From an uncultured Collinsella sp. (GTDB taxonomy: Bacteria > Actinomycetota > Coriobacteriia > Coriobacteriales > Coriobacteriaceae), in the NCBI GenBank assembly GCA_900540935.1, contig UQHW01000001.1, positions 43,867-107,866 of the forward strand: a stretch of DNA of 64,000 nt, written 5' to 3'. A model generated the notes under the pieces. It was not told the DNA's origin and ran no database searches. It was given only the letters and a program-made list of their open reading frames with translations. This document shows, one piece after another, positions 1 through 13,988 of this stretch (the first letter of the stretch is position 1; each line of letters opens with the position of its first letter). A program made the translations under genes and the position numbers.

Positions 1-464
1 ACTGGCCAGCAGTCCTCGCCGGCCTGTTTTGCCAGGCCCTCGACTTGCGCCGCATCGAGCTTGATGACGGCGCGCATGCCGCCCGGATGGCGCTCGGCAG
101 CCGCGGCCATCAGCGCCGCGCGCTCGCACACGAGCTCAAAGCCCGCTCGCGTATCGAACGCCCCCGCAAAGGTGAGCGCGGCGACCTCGCCCAGCGAGAA
201 TCCCGCACAGGCGGCAGGTACCACGCCGCGCTCACGCAGGGCGGCAGCCGCTGCCAGGTCGTGCACGAACACGCAAGGCTGCGTGTTCTCGGTCTGCGAG
301 AGCTCCTCCTTGGAGGCGCTCCGGCACTGCTCGCTCGTCCCCGGGCGCACCTCATCGGCAATGGCGAACACCTCGGCAGCCGCCGGCGATGTCTCGATCA
401 AGTCGACGCCCATCGCGGGGTGCTGGGCACCCTGGCCGGCAAACAAAAACGCTACGCCACCCAT
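1..464 (-). CDS. fabD: malonyl CoA-ACP transacylase FabD (partial; C-terminus runs off the window start)
   Basis: Reverse-strand translation gives MGGVAFLFAGQGAQHPAMG...GFSLGEVAALTFAG, i.e. the FabD GQGxQ and GxSxG motifs. The start overlaps the fabK stop by a few nt. Not listed in the ORF track because the stop lies outside the window. Confidence 0.85.
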   Translation of the reverse strand, partial: MGGVAFLFAGQGAQHPAMGVDLIETSPAAAEVFAIADEVRPGTSEQCRSASKEELSQTENTQPCVFVHDLAAAAALRERGVVPAACAGFSLGEVAALTFAGAFDTRAGFELVCERAALMAAAAERHPGGMRAVIKLDAAQVEGLAKQAGEDCWP

Positions 465-1396
465 GCGCACGCACCCTTCAGGACGTGCTCGGCGCCATCG
501 ACCAGGTCGTCAACGATTTCGCGTGCGCTCTGGCGCTCGTTGACCATGCCGGCAATCTGTCCACACAAAAACGAACCCTCTTCGTAGTTGCCGTCCTTGG
601 CGGCCTTACGCAGCGCACCGGTTCCCATAGCACCGAGCTCCTCGGCACTCGCGCCGGAACCCTCGCTCTTGGCATAGGCGTTGGTGAAGGGGCTCTTGAG
701 GGCGCGCACTGGATGTCCCGTCGAGCGACCGGTCGCACTCGTCGAAGTGTCGTTGGCCTTCAGGACCATCTCTTTGTACTGCTCCGAGACGGTGCACTCG
801 TCTGCGACCAGAAAGCGCGTACCCACTTGCACGCCTTCGGCGCCCAGCATAAAGGCGGCCGCCACGCCGCGGCCGTCGGCAATACCGCCGGCGGCCACAA
901 CGGGAATGTCGACCGCATCGACGACCTGCGGCACCAGTGCCATCGTCGAGGTCTCGCCAATATGGCCGCCCGATTCGGTACCCTCGGCAACAACCGCCGT
1001 GGCCCCGCGACGCGCCACGAGACGCGCCAGCGCCACCGAGGCAACGACCGGGATGACCTTGATGCCCGCCTCGTTCCACGCCTTCATGTACTTGGCGGGA
1101 TTGCCGGCGCCCGTCACGACGACCGGCACTCGCTCGTCAATCACGACCTGCGCGACCTCGTCGGCAAACGGGCTCATGAGCATGACGTTGACGCCAAAGG
1201 GCTTATCCGTCTTGGCGCGCAGCTCATGAATCTGGTCGCGAAGCCAGTTGGCGTCGGCGTTCATGGCCGCGATGATGCCTAAGCCACCCGCCTCGGACAC
1301 TGCGGACGCCAGCGAGGCATCGGCAATCCAGGCCATACCGCCCTGGAACACGGGCTTTTCGATGCCGAGCAGATCGCAGAGAGGAGTCTTGAGCAT
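452..1396 (-). CDS. fabK: enoyl-ACP reductase II FabK (nitronate monooxygenase family, FMN-dependent)
   Basis: 314 aa ORF. GLGIIAAM, VVTGAGNP and AAGGIADGRG motifs are typical of FabK/NMO TIM-barrel enzymes. Sits in a fab cluster. Confidence 0.85.
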   Translation of the reverse strand: MLKTPLCDLLGIEKPVFQGGMAWIADASLASAVSEAGGLGIIAAMNADANWLRDQIHELRAKTDKPFGVNVMLMSPFADEVAQVVIDERVPVVVTGAGNPAKYMKAWNEAGIKVIPVVASVALARLVARRGATAVVAEGTESGGHIGETSTMALVPQVVDAVDIPVVAAGGIADGRGVAAAFMLGAEGVQVGTRFLVADECTVSEQYKEMVLKANDTSTSATGRSTGHPVRALKSPFTNAYAKSEGSGASAEELGAMGTGALRKAAKDGNYEEGSFLCGQIAGMVNERQSAREIVDDLVDGAEHVLKGACAWVA

Positions 1397-1398
1397 CT

Positions 1399-1635
1399 CT
1401 ACTTCTCCAATGCCGCCTCGACCGTATCGGCGAACTCGCCGACCGTCTTGGGGTTCTCCTCGGTATCGAGCTGGATGCCAAACTCGTCCTCGACGGCGAC
1501 GAGGATCTCGACGGTGCCCAGGCTGTCGAGACCAATCTCCTCGAGCGTGGACTCGGGCTTCATCTCGACATCGTCAAGACCGGCGGTCTCGCGGATAACG
1601 TCGCAAACGCGCTCGAAGGTCTTCTGATCTGCCAT
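1399..1635 (-). CDS. acpP: acyl carrier protein
   Basis: 78 aa, LGLDSLGTVE phosphopantetheine-attachment motif, between fabH and fabK. Confidence 0.9.
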   Translation of the reverse strand: MADQKTFERVCDVIRETAGLDDVEMKPESTLEEIGLDSLGTVEILVAVEDEFGIQLDTEENPKTVGEFADTVEAALEK

Positions 1636-1684
1636 GGTAGTTCTCCTTTGTTTGTGCCCTAGGGGCGTTTTTTCCTATGTGCAA

Positions 1685-2643
1685 CTACTTCCAACGAAGC
1701 AGATAGCCACCTATATCCAGGCCGGCGCCAAATCCAACGAGGGCGATGGTGTCGCCCGCATTCAGTGCGTCGGTGCGTGCCAGACGGTCAAGCGCAAAGG
1801 GAATGCAGGCGCTCGAAATGTTGCCGGTCTCGCGCAGCGTTCGAACCACGCGCTCATCTGGCACGCCGAGGCGCTTGACCGCCTGACTCAGGATTCGTTC
1901 GTTAGCCTGATGGAATACAAAATGGTCGATGTCTTCGACCGAAATGCCCGCATCGCCCGCAAGCTTATGGACCGTGTCGCAGATGGCGTTGACGCCGAAC
2001 TTGAACACGCGGCGGCCATTCATGGACAGCACGCTCTTGCTATCTGCGGAAGCCTTAAACGGCGAGGTGCCGACCAGACCGGGAACGTGTAACGTCTCGA
2101 CGTCGGGCGCCGTCGAAAGCTCAACGGCAAGGGGGCTGTCTCCCCCAGCCCCAATCACTGCGGCGCCTGCCCCATCGCCAAAGAGCACGCAGGTGGCGCG
2201 GTCGGTCCAGTCGAGCGCGCGCGTCATCTGCTCAGCAGCAACGATAAGCACGCGCTCGGCACGACCGCGCTCGATATAGCCCTCGGCGACATCGAGCGCA
2301 AACACGAAGCCGGCACAGGCCGCCGAGACATCGAAGGCAGGGCACGCCGCTCCTAGTCGCTCAGCAACGGCACACGCCTCAGCGGGAACAAGGTGGTCAC
2401 CCGTCGTCGTCGAGCAGACGATCAGATCCAGCTGGCTCGCGTCGATTCCGGACACCTGGAGTGCCCGCTCGCTCGCCGCTACGGCAAGGTCGTCAAGTGA
2501 CTCGGTGGTACAGACGTGGCGGCTCTTGATACCTGTGCGGGTAAAAATCCACTCATCCGAGGTATCGAGGAACTCAGACAGCTCGTCATTGGAAACACTG
2601 CGCTCAGGAAGCGCCGAGCCTGTTCCAAGAATCGTGAAACCCA
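1685..2643 (-). CDS. fabH: 3-oxoacyl-ACP synthase III FabH
   Basis: KAS III family sequence (MGFTILGTGSALPE..., CAGF active-site Cys region, HQAN, GFGAGL). Start trimmed to the MGFTIL methionine. The track ORF carries an N-terminal extension. Confidence 0.85.
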
Positions 2644-2820
2644 TCACTAGCCTCCTTTGAGTTGTTGACGTGTTTACATCGACCAAGAGAGGATAGCGCA
2701 TTTTAATCGTTGTTGACGTGTTAACATTAAATTGTCCAAATGCGACAAAGGCTTCACATTGTGTCTATCTCTCGACACCATTGCGTCATTCACTTATTCA
2801 ATAAGGAGGTAGCAGCCGCT

Positions 2821-3597
2821 ATGGATGCCCAATTAACGATTGTCGACGTAACCGGATCGACCAACGATGACCTGCTCGAAGCAGGAAAACAGGGGGCGCC
2901 GCACGGCACAGGACTTGCCGCCCGGGCTCAAACAGCAGGACGCGGCCGGCGCGGGCACAAGTGGGACTCAACCGTCGGCAACTTATTGCTTTCGATTGTC
3001 CTGCGCCCATGCGTTAATCCTGCAAAGTTCTCTGGTCTTGCCGCCGTCAGCGGCCTAGCGGTGCTTGAAGCGCTCGAAAAGCTGGGTCTTGCAAACGAGA
3101 TTCGCCTTAAATGGCCCAACGACCTTGTCGCGCGAGGACGCAAGCTCGGCGGCATTCTGGTCGAGGCCGCACGCGATAACGAAGGCAAGCCCTTCGCCGT
3201 CTGCGGCATTGGCGTCAACGTAAACTACACGCCCCAAGAGGTACCCGATGGCGGTCTGGCGGCAATTGGCCTCTCGGACCTTAACGAGAGCGTTCCCACC
3301 GTCAACATGCTCCTCGATGAGGTCTATCACGCAGTTATAGACGCTGTAGATGCGTGGGCAGAGCGTCTTAACGCCATGGAAGAAGACGGCGGACCGCTCG
3401 CGCCCGTCCACGGCGAATATGTCACTCACCTCAATTGGATTGGGGAGCACGTTATCGCCCGTTCCCCTGCCGGCGACGAGCTGGCACGCGGCATCTTTAA
3501 AACCGTCGATGGCTTTGGTCGCGCGTGTATCGAAACGGAAGGCGGTTTGCGATCCTTCCATTTTGAGGAGGCATCGCTGCGTCCCGCGAGCGAATAG
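2821..3597 (+). CDS. birA: biotin--[acetyl-CoA-carboxylase] ligase, group I (no N-terminal HTH)
   Basis: GRGRRGHKW biotin-binding motif and KWPNDL. About 258 aa from MDAQLTIVD. No DNA-binding domain is visible. Confidence 0.8.
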   Translation: MDAQLTIVDVTGSTNDDLLEAGKQGAPHGTGLAARAQTAGRGRRGHKWDSTVGNLLLSIVLRPCVNPAKFSGLAAVSGLAVLEALEKLGLANEIRLKWPNDLVARGRKLGGILVEAARDNEGKPFAVCGIGVNVNYTPQEVPDGGLAAIGLSDLNESVPTVNMLLDEVYHAVIDAVDAWAERLNAMEEDGGPLAPVHGEYVTHLNWIGEHVIARSPAGDELARGIFKTVDGFGRACIETEGGLRSFHFEEASLRPASE

Positions 3598-3656
3598 GGC
3601 GCCACAGCCAGCCGCTCGGCAGCCTTATCCGGCGGTCCAATCCCATCATGCTAAAC

Positions 3657-3695
3657 AAAAGGGCCCCGCTACCGTAACGGCAGCGGGGCCCTTTA
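3657..3695. terminator. bidirectional rho-independent terminator between birA and rpsJ
   Basis: GC-rich hairpin aaaagggccccgctaccgtaacggcagcggggcccttta with A/T runs on both sides. Confidence 0.6.
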
Positions 3696-3713
3696 AGCTA
3701 TGAGCGATATCGC

Positions 3714-4022
3714 TTAGAGCTTGATGTCAATGTCGACGCCAGCGGGGAGGTCGAGACGCATGAGCGAATCAACGGTGCCCGAGGTGGGGTCGAGGATGTC
3801 GATGAGGCGCTTGTGAGTGCGCATCTCGAACTGCTCACGGGAGTCCTTGTTCACGTGCGGCGAGCGGATAACCGTGTACAGGTTGCGCTCGGTGGGCAGG
3901 GGGACAGGACCGGAAACGCGAGCGCCGGTCTTCTGAGCGGTCTCGACGATGAGCTTCGCGGACTGATCGACGACCTCGTGATCATAGCCCTTGAGGCGAA
4001 TGCGGATCTTCTGGGTAGCCAA
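3714..4022 (-). CDS. rpsJ: 30S ribosomal protein S10
   Basis: 102 aa [15 protein letters not shown]...; a canonical S10 sequence. Confidence 0.95.
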   Translation of the reverse strand: MATQKIRIRLKGYDHEVVDQSAKLIVETAQKTGARVSGPVPLPTERNLYTVIRSPHVNKDSREQFEMRTHKRLIDILDPTSGTVDSLMRLDLPAGVDIDIKL

Positions 4023-4082
4023 CTTAAACCTCCAAAGAGTGCGAGAGATGTTCTCGCGGATTACGTAACAGGGAGCTCGAAC

Positions 4083-6182
4083 TTAGGCGTTCTTGCTCAT
4101 GACCTCGTCCACGATGGACTTGGGCGCGGGCTCATAAGAGTCGAACTGCATCGTGTAGGATGCACGGCCCTGGGTCTGGGAGCGAAGGTCGGTAGCGTAA
4201 CCGAACATCTCGCCCAGCGGCACCTTGGCACGGATGAGCTTGCTGTTCTTGCGATCCTCCATGCCCTCGATCTTGCCGCGGCGACCGGAGAGGTTGCCCA
4301 TAACGTCGCCCATGTACTGCTCAGGGGTCTCGACCTCGACAGCCATGATCGGCTCGAGCAGCTGCGGATCGGACTTCTTGAGGGCGTCCTTGATAGCCAT
4401 GGAACCGGCGATCTTGAAGGCGGCCTCGGAGGAGTCGACCTCGTGGTAAGAACCGTCGAACAGGGTGACCTTAACGTCGAGGACCGGGAAGCCGGCGATA
4501 ACACCGGTGTTCAGGGCCTCCTGGATGCCCTTGTCGATGGACGGGATGTACTCCTTGGGCACGACGCCGCCGACGATAGCGTTGACGAACTCGTAGCCGA
4601 AGCCCTCCTCCATCTTCTCGAGCTTGATGACGGCGTGGCCGTACTGACCGCGACCGCCGGACTGACGGACGAACTTGCCCTCAGCCTTCTCGACGTCGTG
4701 ACCAGCGGTCTCGCGGTAGGCAACCTGGGGCTTACCAACGTTAGCGTCAACCTTGAACTCGCGGAGCAGACGGTCGACGATGATCTCGAGGTGCAGCTCG
4801 CCCATGCCGGCGATGATGGTCTGGCCGGTCTCGTGGTTGGTGGACACCTGGAAGGTCGGGTCCTCCTCGGCGAGCTTGGTCAGAGCCAGGGACATCTTGT
4901 CCTGCTCGGCCTTGGTCTTGGGCTCGATGGCAACGTCGATAACGGGCTTAGCGAACTCGATCTTCTCGAGGACGATCTCCTTGCCCTCGGCGCACAGGGT
5001 GTCACCGGTGGTGGAGTTCTTGAAGCCGACGCAAGCAACGATGTCGCCGGCGGCAGCGTCGTCACGGTCGATACGCTCGGCGGCGTTCATCTCGAGGATG
5101 CGGCCGAGGCGCTCGCGCTGACCGTTGGAAGCGTTGACCACGTAGGAGCCGGACTCGGCACGGCCGGAGTAAACGCGGACGTAGGTGAGCTTACCGACGA
5201 ACGGGTCGGTCATGATCTTGAAGACCAGGCCGGAGAAGGGCTCGTCGAAGGAAGGATGACGCTGGATCTCCTCGCCGGTGTCCGGATCGGTACCGGTGAC
5301 AGCCTCAACGTCGAGCGGGCTGGGCAGGTAGTCGACGACAGCGTCGAGCAGCTCCTGAACGCCCTTGTTCTTGTAGGCGGAGCCCACGAAGACGAGGTTG
5401 AGCTCGTTGGCCAGAACGCCCTTACGCAGAGCCGCCTTGAGCTCCTCGACGGTGAAGTCCTCCTCCATGAGGATCTTCTCCATGAGCTCGTCGTCAAAGC
5501 TGGCAGCAGCGTCAAGGAGCTCCTCGCGCTTGGTGGCAGCGATGTCGGCAAACTCAGCCGGGATCTCGTCCATCGGCTCGGGGTAGGTCATACCCTTCTC
5601 GTCGGCCTTGAAGTCCCATGCAGTCATGGTGACCAGGTCGATGACGCCCCAGAAGTTGTCCTCGGCGCCCATCGGGACCTGAGCGGCCACGGCGTTAGCG
5701 TCGAGACGATCCTTCATGGTCTCGATAGCGTTGAAGAAGTCAGCGCCCACGCGGTCATACTTGTTGATGAAGGCGATGCGGGGGACGTTGAAGGTAGAAG
5801 CCTGACGCCAAACGGTCTCAGACTGGGGCTGAACGCCGGCAACGGCGTCGAAGACGGCGACAGCGCCATCGAGGACGCGCAGGCAGCGCTCGACCTCGGC
5901 GGTGAAGTCAACGTGGCCCGGGGTGTCGATGATCTGGATGCGGTAGTCCTTACCGTCCTTGTTCCAGAAGCACGTGGTAGCAGCGGAGGTAATGGTTACG
6001 CCGCGCTCCTGCTCCTGAACCATCCAGTCCATGGTGGCAGCGCCCTCATGGACCTCACCGATCTTGTGGGTCTTACCGGTGTAGTAAAGAATACGCTCGG
6101 TCGTGGTGGTCTTACCGGCATCGATGTGGGCCATGATGCCGATGTTACGGGTATCGGAAAGCTTGTACTTAGGCTTAGCCAT
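4083..6182 (-). CDS. fusA: elongation factor G
   Basis: 699 aa; [13 protein letters not shown]-domain, full EF-G architecture. Confidence 0.97.
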   Translation of the reverse strand: MAKPKYKLSDTRNIGIMAHIDAGKTTTTERILYYTGKTHKIGEVHEGAATMDWMVQEQERGVTITSAATTCFWNKDGKDYRIQIIDTPGHVDFTAEVERCLRVLDGAVAVFDAVAGVQPQSETVWRQASTFNVPRIAFINKYDRVGADFFNAIETMKDRLDANAVAAQVPMGAEDNFWGVIDLVTMTAWDFKADEKGMTYPEPMDEIPAEFADIAATKREELLDAAASFDDELMEKILMEEDFTVEELKAALRKGVLANELNLVFVGSAYKNKGVQELLDAVVDYLPSPLDVEAVTGTDPDTGEEIQRHPSFDEPFSGLVFKIMTDPFVGKLTYVRVYSGRAESGSYVVNASNGQRERLGRILEMNAAERIDRDDAAAGDIVACVGFKNSTTGDTLCAEGKEIVLEKIEFAKPVIDVAIEPKTKAEQDKMSLALTKLAEEDPTFQVSTNHETGQTIIAGMGELHLEIIVDRLLREFKVDANVGKPQVAYRETAGHDVEKAEGKFVRQSGGRGQYGHAVIKLEKMEEGFGYEFVNAIVGGVVPKEYIPSIDKGIQEALNTGVIAGFPVLDVKVTLFDGSYHEVDSSEAAFKIAGSMAIKDALKKSDPQLLEPIMAVEVETPEQYMGDVMGNLSGRRGKIEGMEDRKNSKLIRAKVPLGEMFGYATDLRSQTQGRASYTMQFDSYEPAPKSIVDEVMSKNA

Positions 6183-6202
6183 GTTAGTTCCTTACCTTAA
6201 AC

Positions 6203-6676
6203 TTACCAACGATAGTGAGAGAACGCGCGGTTGGCCTCGGCCATCTTGAAGACGTCCTCACGCTTCTTGACGGAAGCGCCCAGGCCGTTGGAAGCGTCGA
6301 GGATCTCGTTGGCGAGACGCTCGGCCATGGTCTTCTCCTTGCGAGCGCGGGAGAAGTTGACGATCCAGCGGATACCCAGAGCGGTGGAACGACGGGAGTT
6401 GACCTCCATCGGGACCTGATAGGTAGCGCCACCGACACGCTTGGGCTTAACCTCGAGCGTGGGCTTGACGTTGTCCATAGCCTTCTTGAAGGTAGCGAGA
6501 GCGTCGCCACCCTCGGACTTCTCGGCAACGATCTCGAAAGCGGTGTAAACGATGCGCTCAGCGGTGGCCTTCTTGCCGTCAAGAAGGACCTTGTTGATGA
6601 GCTGAGTCACCAGGCGGTTGTTGTAAACGGCGTCAGGCTGAACCTCACGACGATTAGCTGCTGCACGACGCGGCAT
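6203..6676 (-). CDS. rpsG: 30S ribosomal protein S7
   Basis: 157 aa [15 protein letters not shown]...; a canonical S7 sequence. Confidence 0.95.
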   Translation of the reverse strand: MPRRAAANRREVQPDAVYNNRLVTQLINKVLLDGKKATAERIVYTAFEIVAEKSEGGDALATFKKAMDNVKPTLEVKPKRVGGATYQVPMEVNSRRSTALGIRWIVNFSRARKEKTMAERLANEILDASNGLGASVKKREDVFKMAEANRAFSHYRW

Positions 6677-6749
6677 GTGAAATCTCCTTAAGTGTCTACC
6701 GTGCGGCCCTTAGGCGGCACACGGCGAAAGTATCAAAACGTTATCTGGC

Positions 6750-7127
6750 TTATTTAGCCTTGGGGCGCTTAGCACCGTACTTGGAACGGGCCTGCATACG
6801 GTTCTGGACCGGAGCAGCGTCGTAGGCGCCACGGATGACGTGATAACGGACACCAGGGAGGTCACGGACACGACCGCCGCGGACGAGCACGATGGAGTGC
6901 TCCTGCAGGTTGTGGCCCTCACCCGGGATGTAAGCAGTAACTTCGATGCCGTTGACGAGGCGAACACGGGCAACCTTACGAAGAGCCGAGTTCGGCTTCT
7001 TGGGGCTCGTGGTGAAGACGCGGGTGCACACGCCGCGCTTCTGGGAGTTGTGCTGCAGAGCAGCGTTCTTGGACTTCTTGGGCACGGAACGACGGCCCTG
7101 GCGAACCAGCTGGTTAATAGTAGGCAA
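6750..7127 (-). CDS. rpsL: 30S ribosomal protein S12
   Basis: 125 aa [12 protein letters not shown]...[10 protein letters not shown]; a canonical S12 sequence. Confidence 0.97.
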   Translation of the reverse strand: MPTINQLVRQGRRSVPKKSKNAALQHNSQKRGVCTRVFTTSPKKPNSALRKVARVRLVNGIEVTAYIPGEGHNLQEHSIVLVRGGRVRDLPGVRYHVIRGAYDAAPVQNRMQARSKYGAKRPKAK

Positions 7128-7332
7128 AGCGTACTCCTTCTCGAATGATTCCAGCTTTCTGTAAAGTGCAACGGCTTGAATCGAGGGGTCAGCATCCCCC
7201 TACGAAACACGCAGTTCGATAGGATACGTGGCGTTAGCTGTGCCGTCAACAGACCACGCCGCCGGGCGTATCCCAAAATAGCCATATTTCCGCAAAGCCT
7301 ACACAAAAGGAATCCCCTCCTGTGCGCGGGGG

Positions 7333-7473
7333 CGGATTCCCGGTCCGGGCGGCCCGCTGTTTAAGTTTGCTGCTCTACAGTCCTGCGCAAGACGGAAAGC
7401 ACATTAAGTGCTTTCCTTTGCGTGCGGAACTCGCGACAAACTTAAACAGCGGGCCGCCCGGACCGGGAATCCG
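7333..7473. repeat. nested-hairpin repeat element, family A copy 1, in the rpsL 5' leader
   Basis: 37 bp perfect inverted arms (cggattcccggtccgggcggcccgctgtttaagtttg / caaacttaaacagcgggccgcccggaccgggaatccg). They flank an inner hairpin ggaaagcacattaagtgctttcc followed by gcgtgcggaa. Confidence 0.7.
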
Positions 7474-7503
7474 ACGTGCTTGTCGGGGCAACGTTCCCTT
7501 CCA

Positions 7504-7548
7504 AATAGGGACAGGTTTATTTTGGTCGGTTTTATCTGGGGAAACGTC
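7504..7548. repeat. short repeat family C copy 1 (gggacaggtttattttg...ggttttaYctg...aaacgtc)
   Basis: About 85% identical to 36066..36111. Confidence 0.55.
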
Positions 7549-7651
7549 GCGCTCCAGCGGTGATCTGCTCTCATCTGTCGCATGGAAATCGGCGGCGTTT
7601 CCATTTAACGCAAAAGAGGCCGCTTCCCCTAGTAGGAAGCGACCCCAAATC

Positions 7652-8728
7652 TTACGAATAGACGATGGTAAAGGGCTCTTTCGTTTCGGTATCCCCTGTT
7701 GATGTATACCTCACAATTTCAAGGGTTACCGAGACAACTTGATCGACATCAATCAACTTCGTTGGCACCCAGATGTTCTCTCCGCTATTGCGCCCATAAG
7801 AAAAATATAAGTTGAACACCCCTGCGTCGTCATCTTCGATAATCTGCTCCGATCCATCCTTGTAGCTGACGGTCAGCTTATTATCAACTGCTTCATAGCC
7901 CAAATCATCGATGTGCGTCTGGATGGAAAACGGGCTAATCTCAAGAGGCGAGTCACCGGAGCGGAGTTCCTTTGTATCGACGTACGCTCCAATATTGAAC
8001 TCGGGTGTCGACGCCTCAAACCGCCTCGCACTCTCACCTTCACCCTCGGTCCAATGGATATTCCAGGTGACAGCATGTTGCAAATCTCGCTCGCGATCCA
8101 TAGCGGCAAAGTACATCGTGCCATTAATGACAGTATCGCTTGATGTGTCCTTATCAATTGTGCTGCGTGTGTCAGGCCATTCCTCGCCGAACTTCATATC
8201 GGGCGTGCCGATGCCCTGCTCTTCTTCACCATAGAGAACAAGTTCGCCAATCTCTGCTGCTGGCTTGTAGTAGTTAACTCCATTTGGATTGGACAACGTA
8301 AACGTCACGGCTCCGCAGCCGTTTTGGTCGATTGCCATCTCATGGATATCAAGCGTATAGCCGTTGCCCTCGACGGACAGATTAACCTCCTGGACTGCGC
8401 CTTCCAGGCTTTGGGGCGCGATGCCATCGCCAAACTCTCTGGTGTAGGTATATTTAGTTCCCGATGAGCCGCCGTTGGTCCAGGTAATGGAATCCCCGTT
8501 GCCGTGGTTTCCCCAGGCAGAGGCAAAATAGCTGGAATTGACGAAGGCGTAGGCGACCCCTCCGGTCGCCAGCACTCCGGCAAGGCATCCGATCACGGCA
8601 ACATACAGAGGCTTCGCGTGACCCTTTCGGCGAAGCGGCTCACCAGCAGCGGCATAAAGAACACGGTCAGCAAGATCGCTATCGGCTTGGACGGACTCGA
8701 AGGCCTGCTTGATTTGATTGGATTTCAC
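7652..8728 (-). CDS. anti-sigma factor (single-pass membrane protein with a large extracytoplasmic domain)
   Basis: 358 aa with a short cytoplasmic N-terminus, one TM helix (PLYVAVIGCLAGVLATGGVAYAFV) and an extracellular domain. It overlaps the upstream ECF sigma gene. The region has low GC. Confidence 0.6.
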   Translation of the reverse strand: MKSNQIKQAFESVQADSDLADRVLYAAAGEPLRRKGHAKPLYVAVIGCLAGVLATGGVAYAFVNSSYFASAWGNHGNGDSITWTNGGSSGTKYTYTREFGDGIAPQSLEGAVQEVNLSVEGNGYTLDIHEMAIDQNGCGAVTFTLSNPNGVNYYKPAAEIGELVLYGEEEQGIGTPDMKFGEEWPDTRSTIDKDTSSDTVINGTMYFAAMDRERDLQHAVTWNIHWTEGEGESARRFEASTPEFNIGAYVDTKELRSGDSPLEISPFSIQTHIDDLGYEAVDNKLTVSYKDGSEQIIEDDDAGVFNLYFSYGRNSGENIWVPTKLIDVDQVVSVTLEIVRYTSTGDTETKEPFTIVYS

Positions 8729-9203
8729 GGTCGCCCTCCTCTAGGATGAACTTGAGCTTCGATCTGCCGCGAGCCAAACGCGTTCGAACAGTCGCGGCTG
8801 GCACATGCAATAACTCGGCAATCTCTGAGGTCGAAAAGCCCAGATAGTAATAGAGCATGATGGGAACACGGAATCGTTCCGGAAGTCGCATAACGTCTGA
8901 CAAGACCGCCTTGGTCTCATCCTGCGCCGCCGAAAGCGAATCGGCCAGGTTCTCAATATCCTCCACACGCCTCCATGGCTTTCGAAAGAGCGATTTGCAT
9001 TCATTGATCGTGACCCGGATAAGCCAGCGACGAAGATGTTCCCAACTTTCAAAGTGTCCATCGCTTTTAAGCAACTTAAGAAAGACATCTTGGGCAATAT
9101 CGTCGGCATCGGCACGATCGCGCAGGTACGTCAATGCGATTCGAAACACGACATCCCGGTGATCTTCGACCGCCTGTCTAAATGCCTGTTCTTCCATAAT
9201 CAC
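8679..9203 (-). CDS. ECF-type RNA polymerase sigma-70 factor
   Basis: 174 aa; sigma-70 region 2 (DIAQDVFLKL...WLIRVTINECK) and region 4 (LGFSTSEIAELLHVPAATVRTRLARGR). Confidence 0.85.
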   Translation of the reverse strand: MIMEEQAFRQAVEDHRDVVFRIALTYLRDRADADDIAQDVFLKLLKSDGHFESWEHLRRWLIRVTINECKSLFRKPWRRVEDIENLADSLSAAQDETKAVLSDVMRLPERFRVPIMLYYYLGFSTSEIAELLHVPAATVRTRLARGRSKLKFILEEGDREIQSNQAGLRVRPSR

Positions 9204-9391
9204 CTCCCGGTGACGTTAATGATTCTTGCTGAGGCCCTCACCATAGATACGCTTTGACCGAACGAAATGTTTCAAATTCAAGCAGGAATAACCTACCAAA
9301 AAACCCTGCCCCTTATTGGCAAGGGATCGACGGAACGCAACAGGTTGAGCATACGCAAGCGAGCGGCCCCCAGAGCGTACAAGGTGGCATG

Positions 9392-9433
9392 AAAAAGGCA
9401 GGGCATTGACCTTTTGGTCATGCCCTGCCTTTT
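9392..9433 (-). terminator. rho-independent terminator downstream of rpoC, enclosed by an outer 14 bp inverted repeat (9363..9376 / 9449..9462)
   Basis: Minus-strand hairpin aaaaggcagggcatgacc...ggtcaatgccctgcctttt followed by a T-run. The outer arms are gcggcccccagagc / gctctgggggccgc. Confidence 0.6.
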
Positions 9434-9506
9434 GAATGACAGATTGTAGCTCTGGGGGCCGCGCAGCGACGGAGATCGCCGCCGTTCGTTAGAACGGCGG
9501 AACTAG

Positions 9507-13988
<4,482 letters not shown>

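Noticed and set aside
2821-3597. BirA acting as repressor on the upstream TGTTTACA / TGTTAACA repeats (bioO-like).
   Set aside because: The protein has no N-terminal winged-HTH domain (group I BirA), so it cannot be the operator-binding factor.
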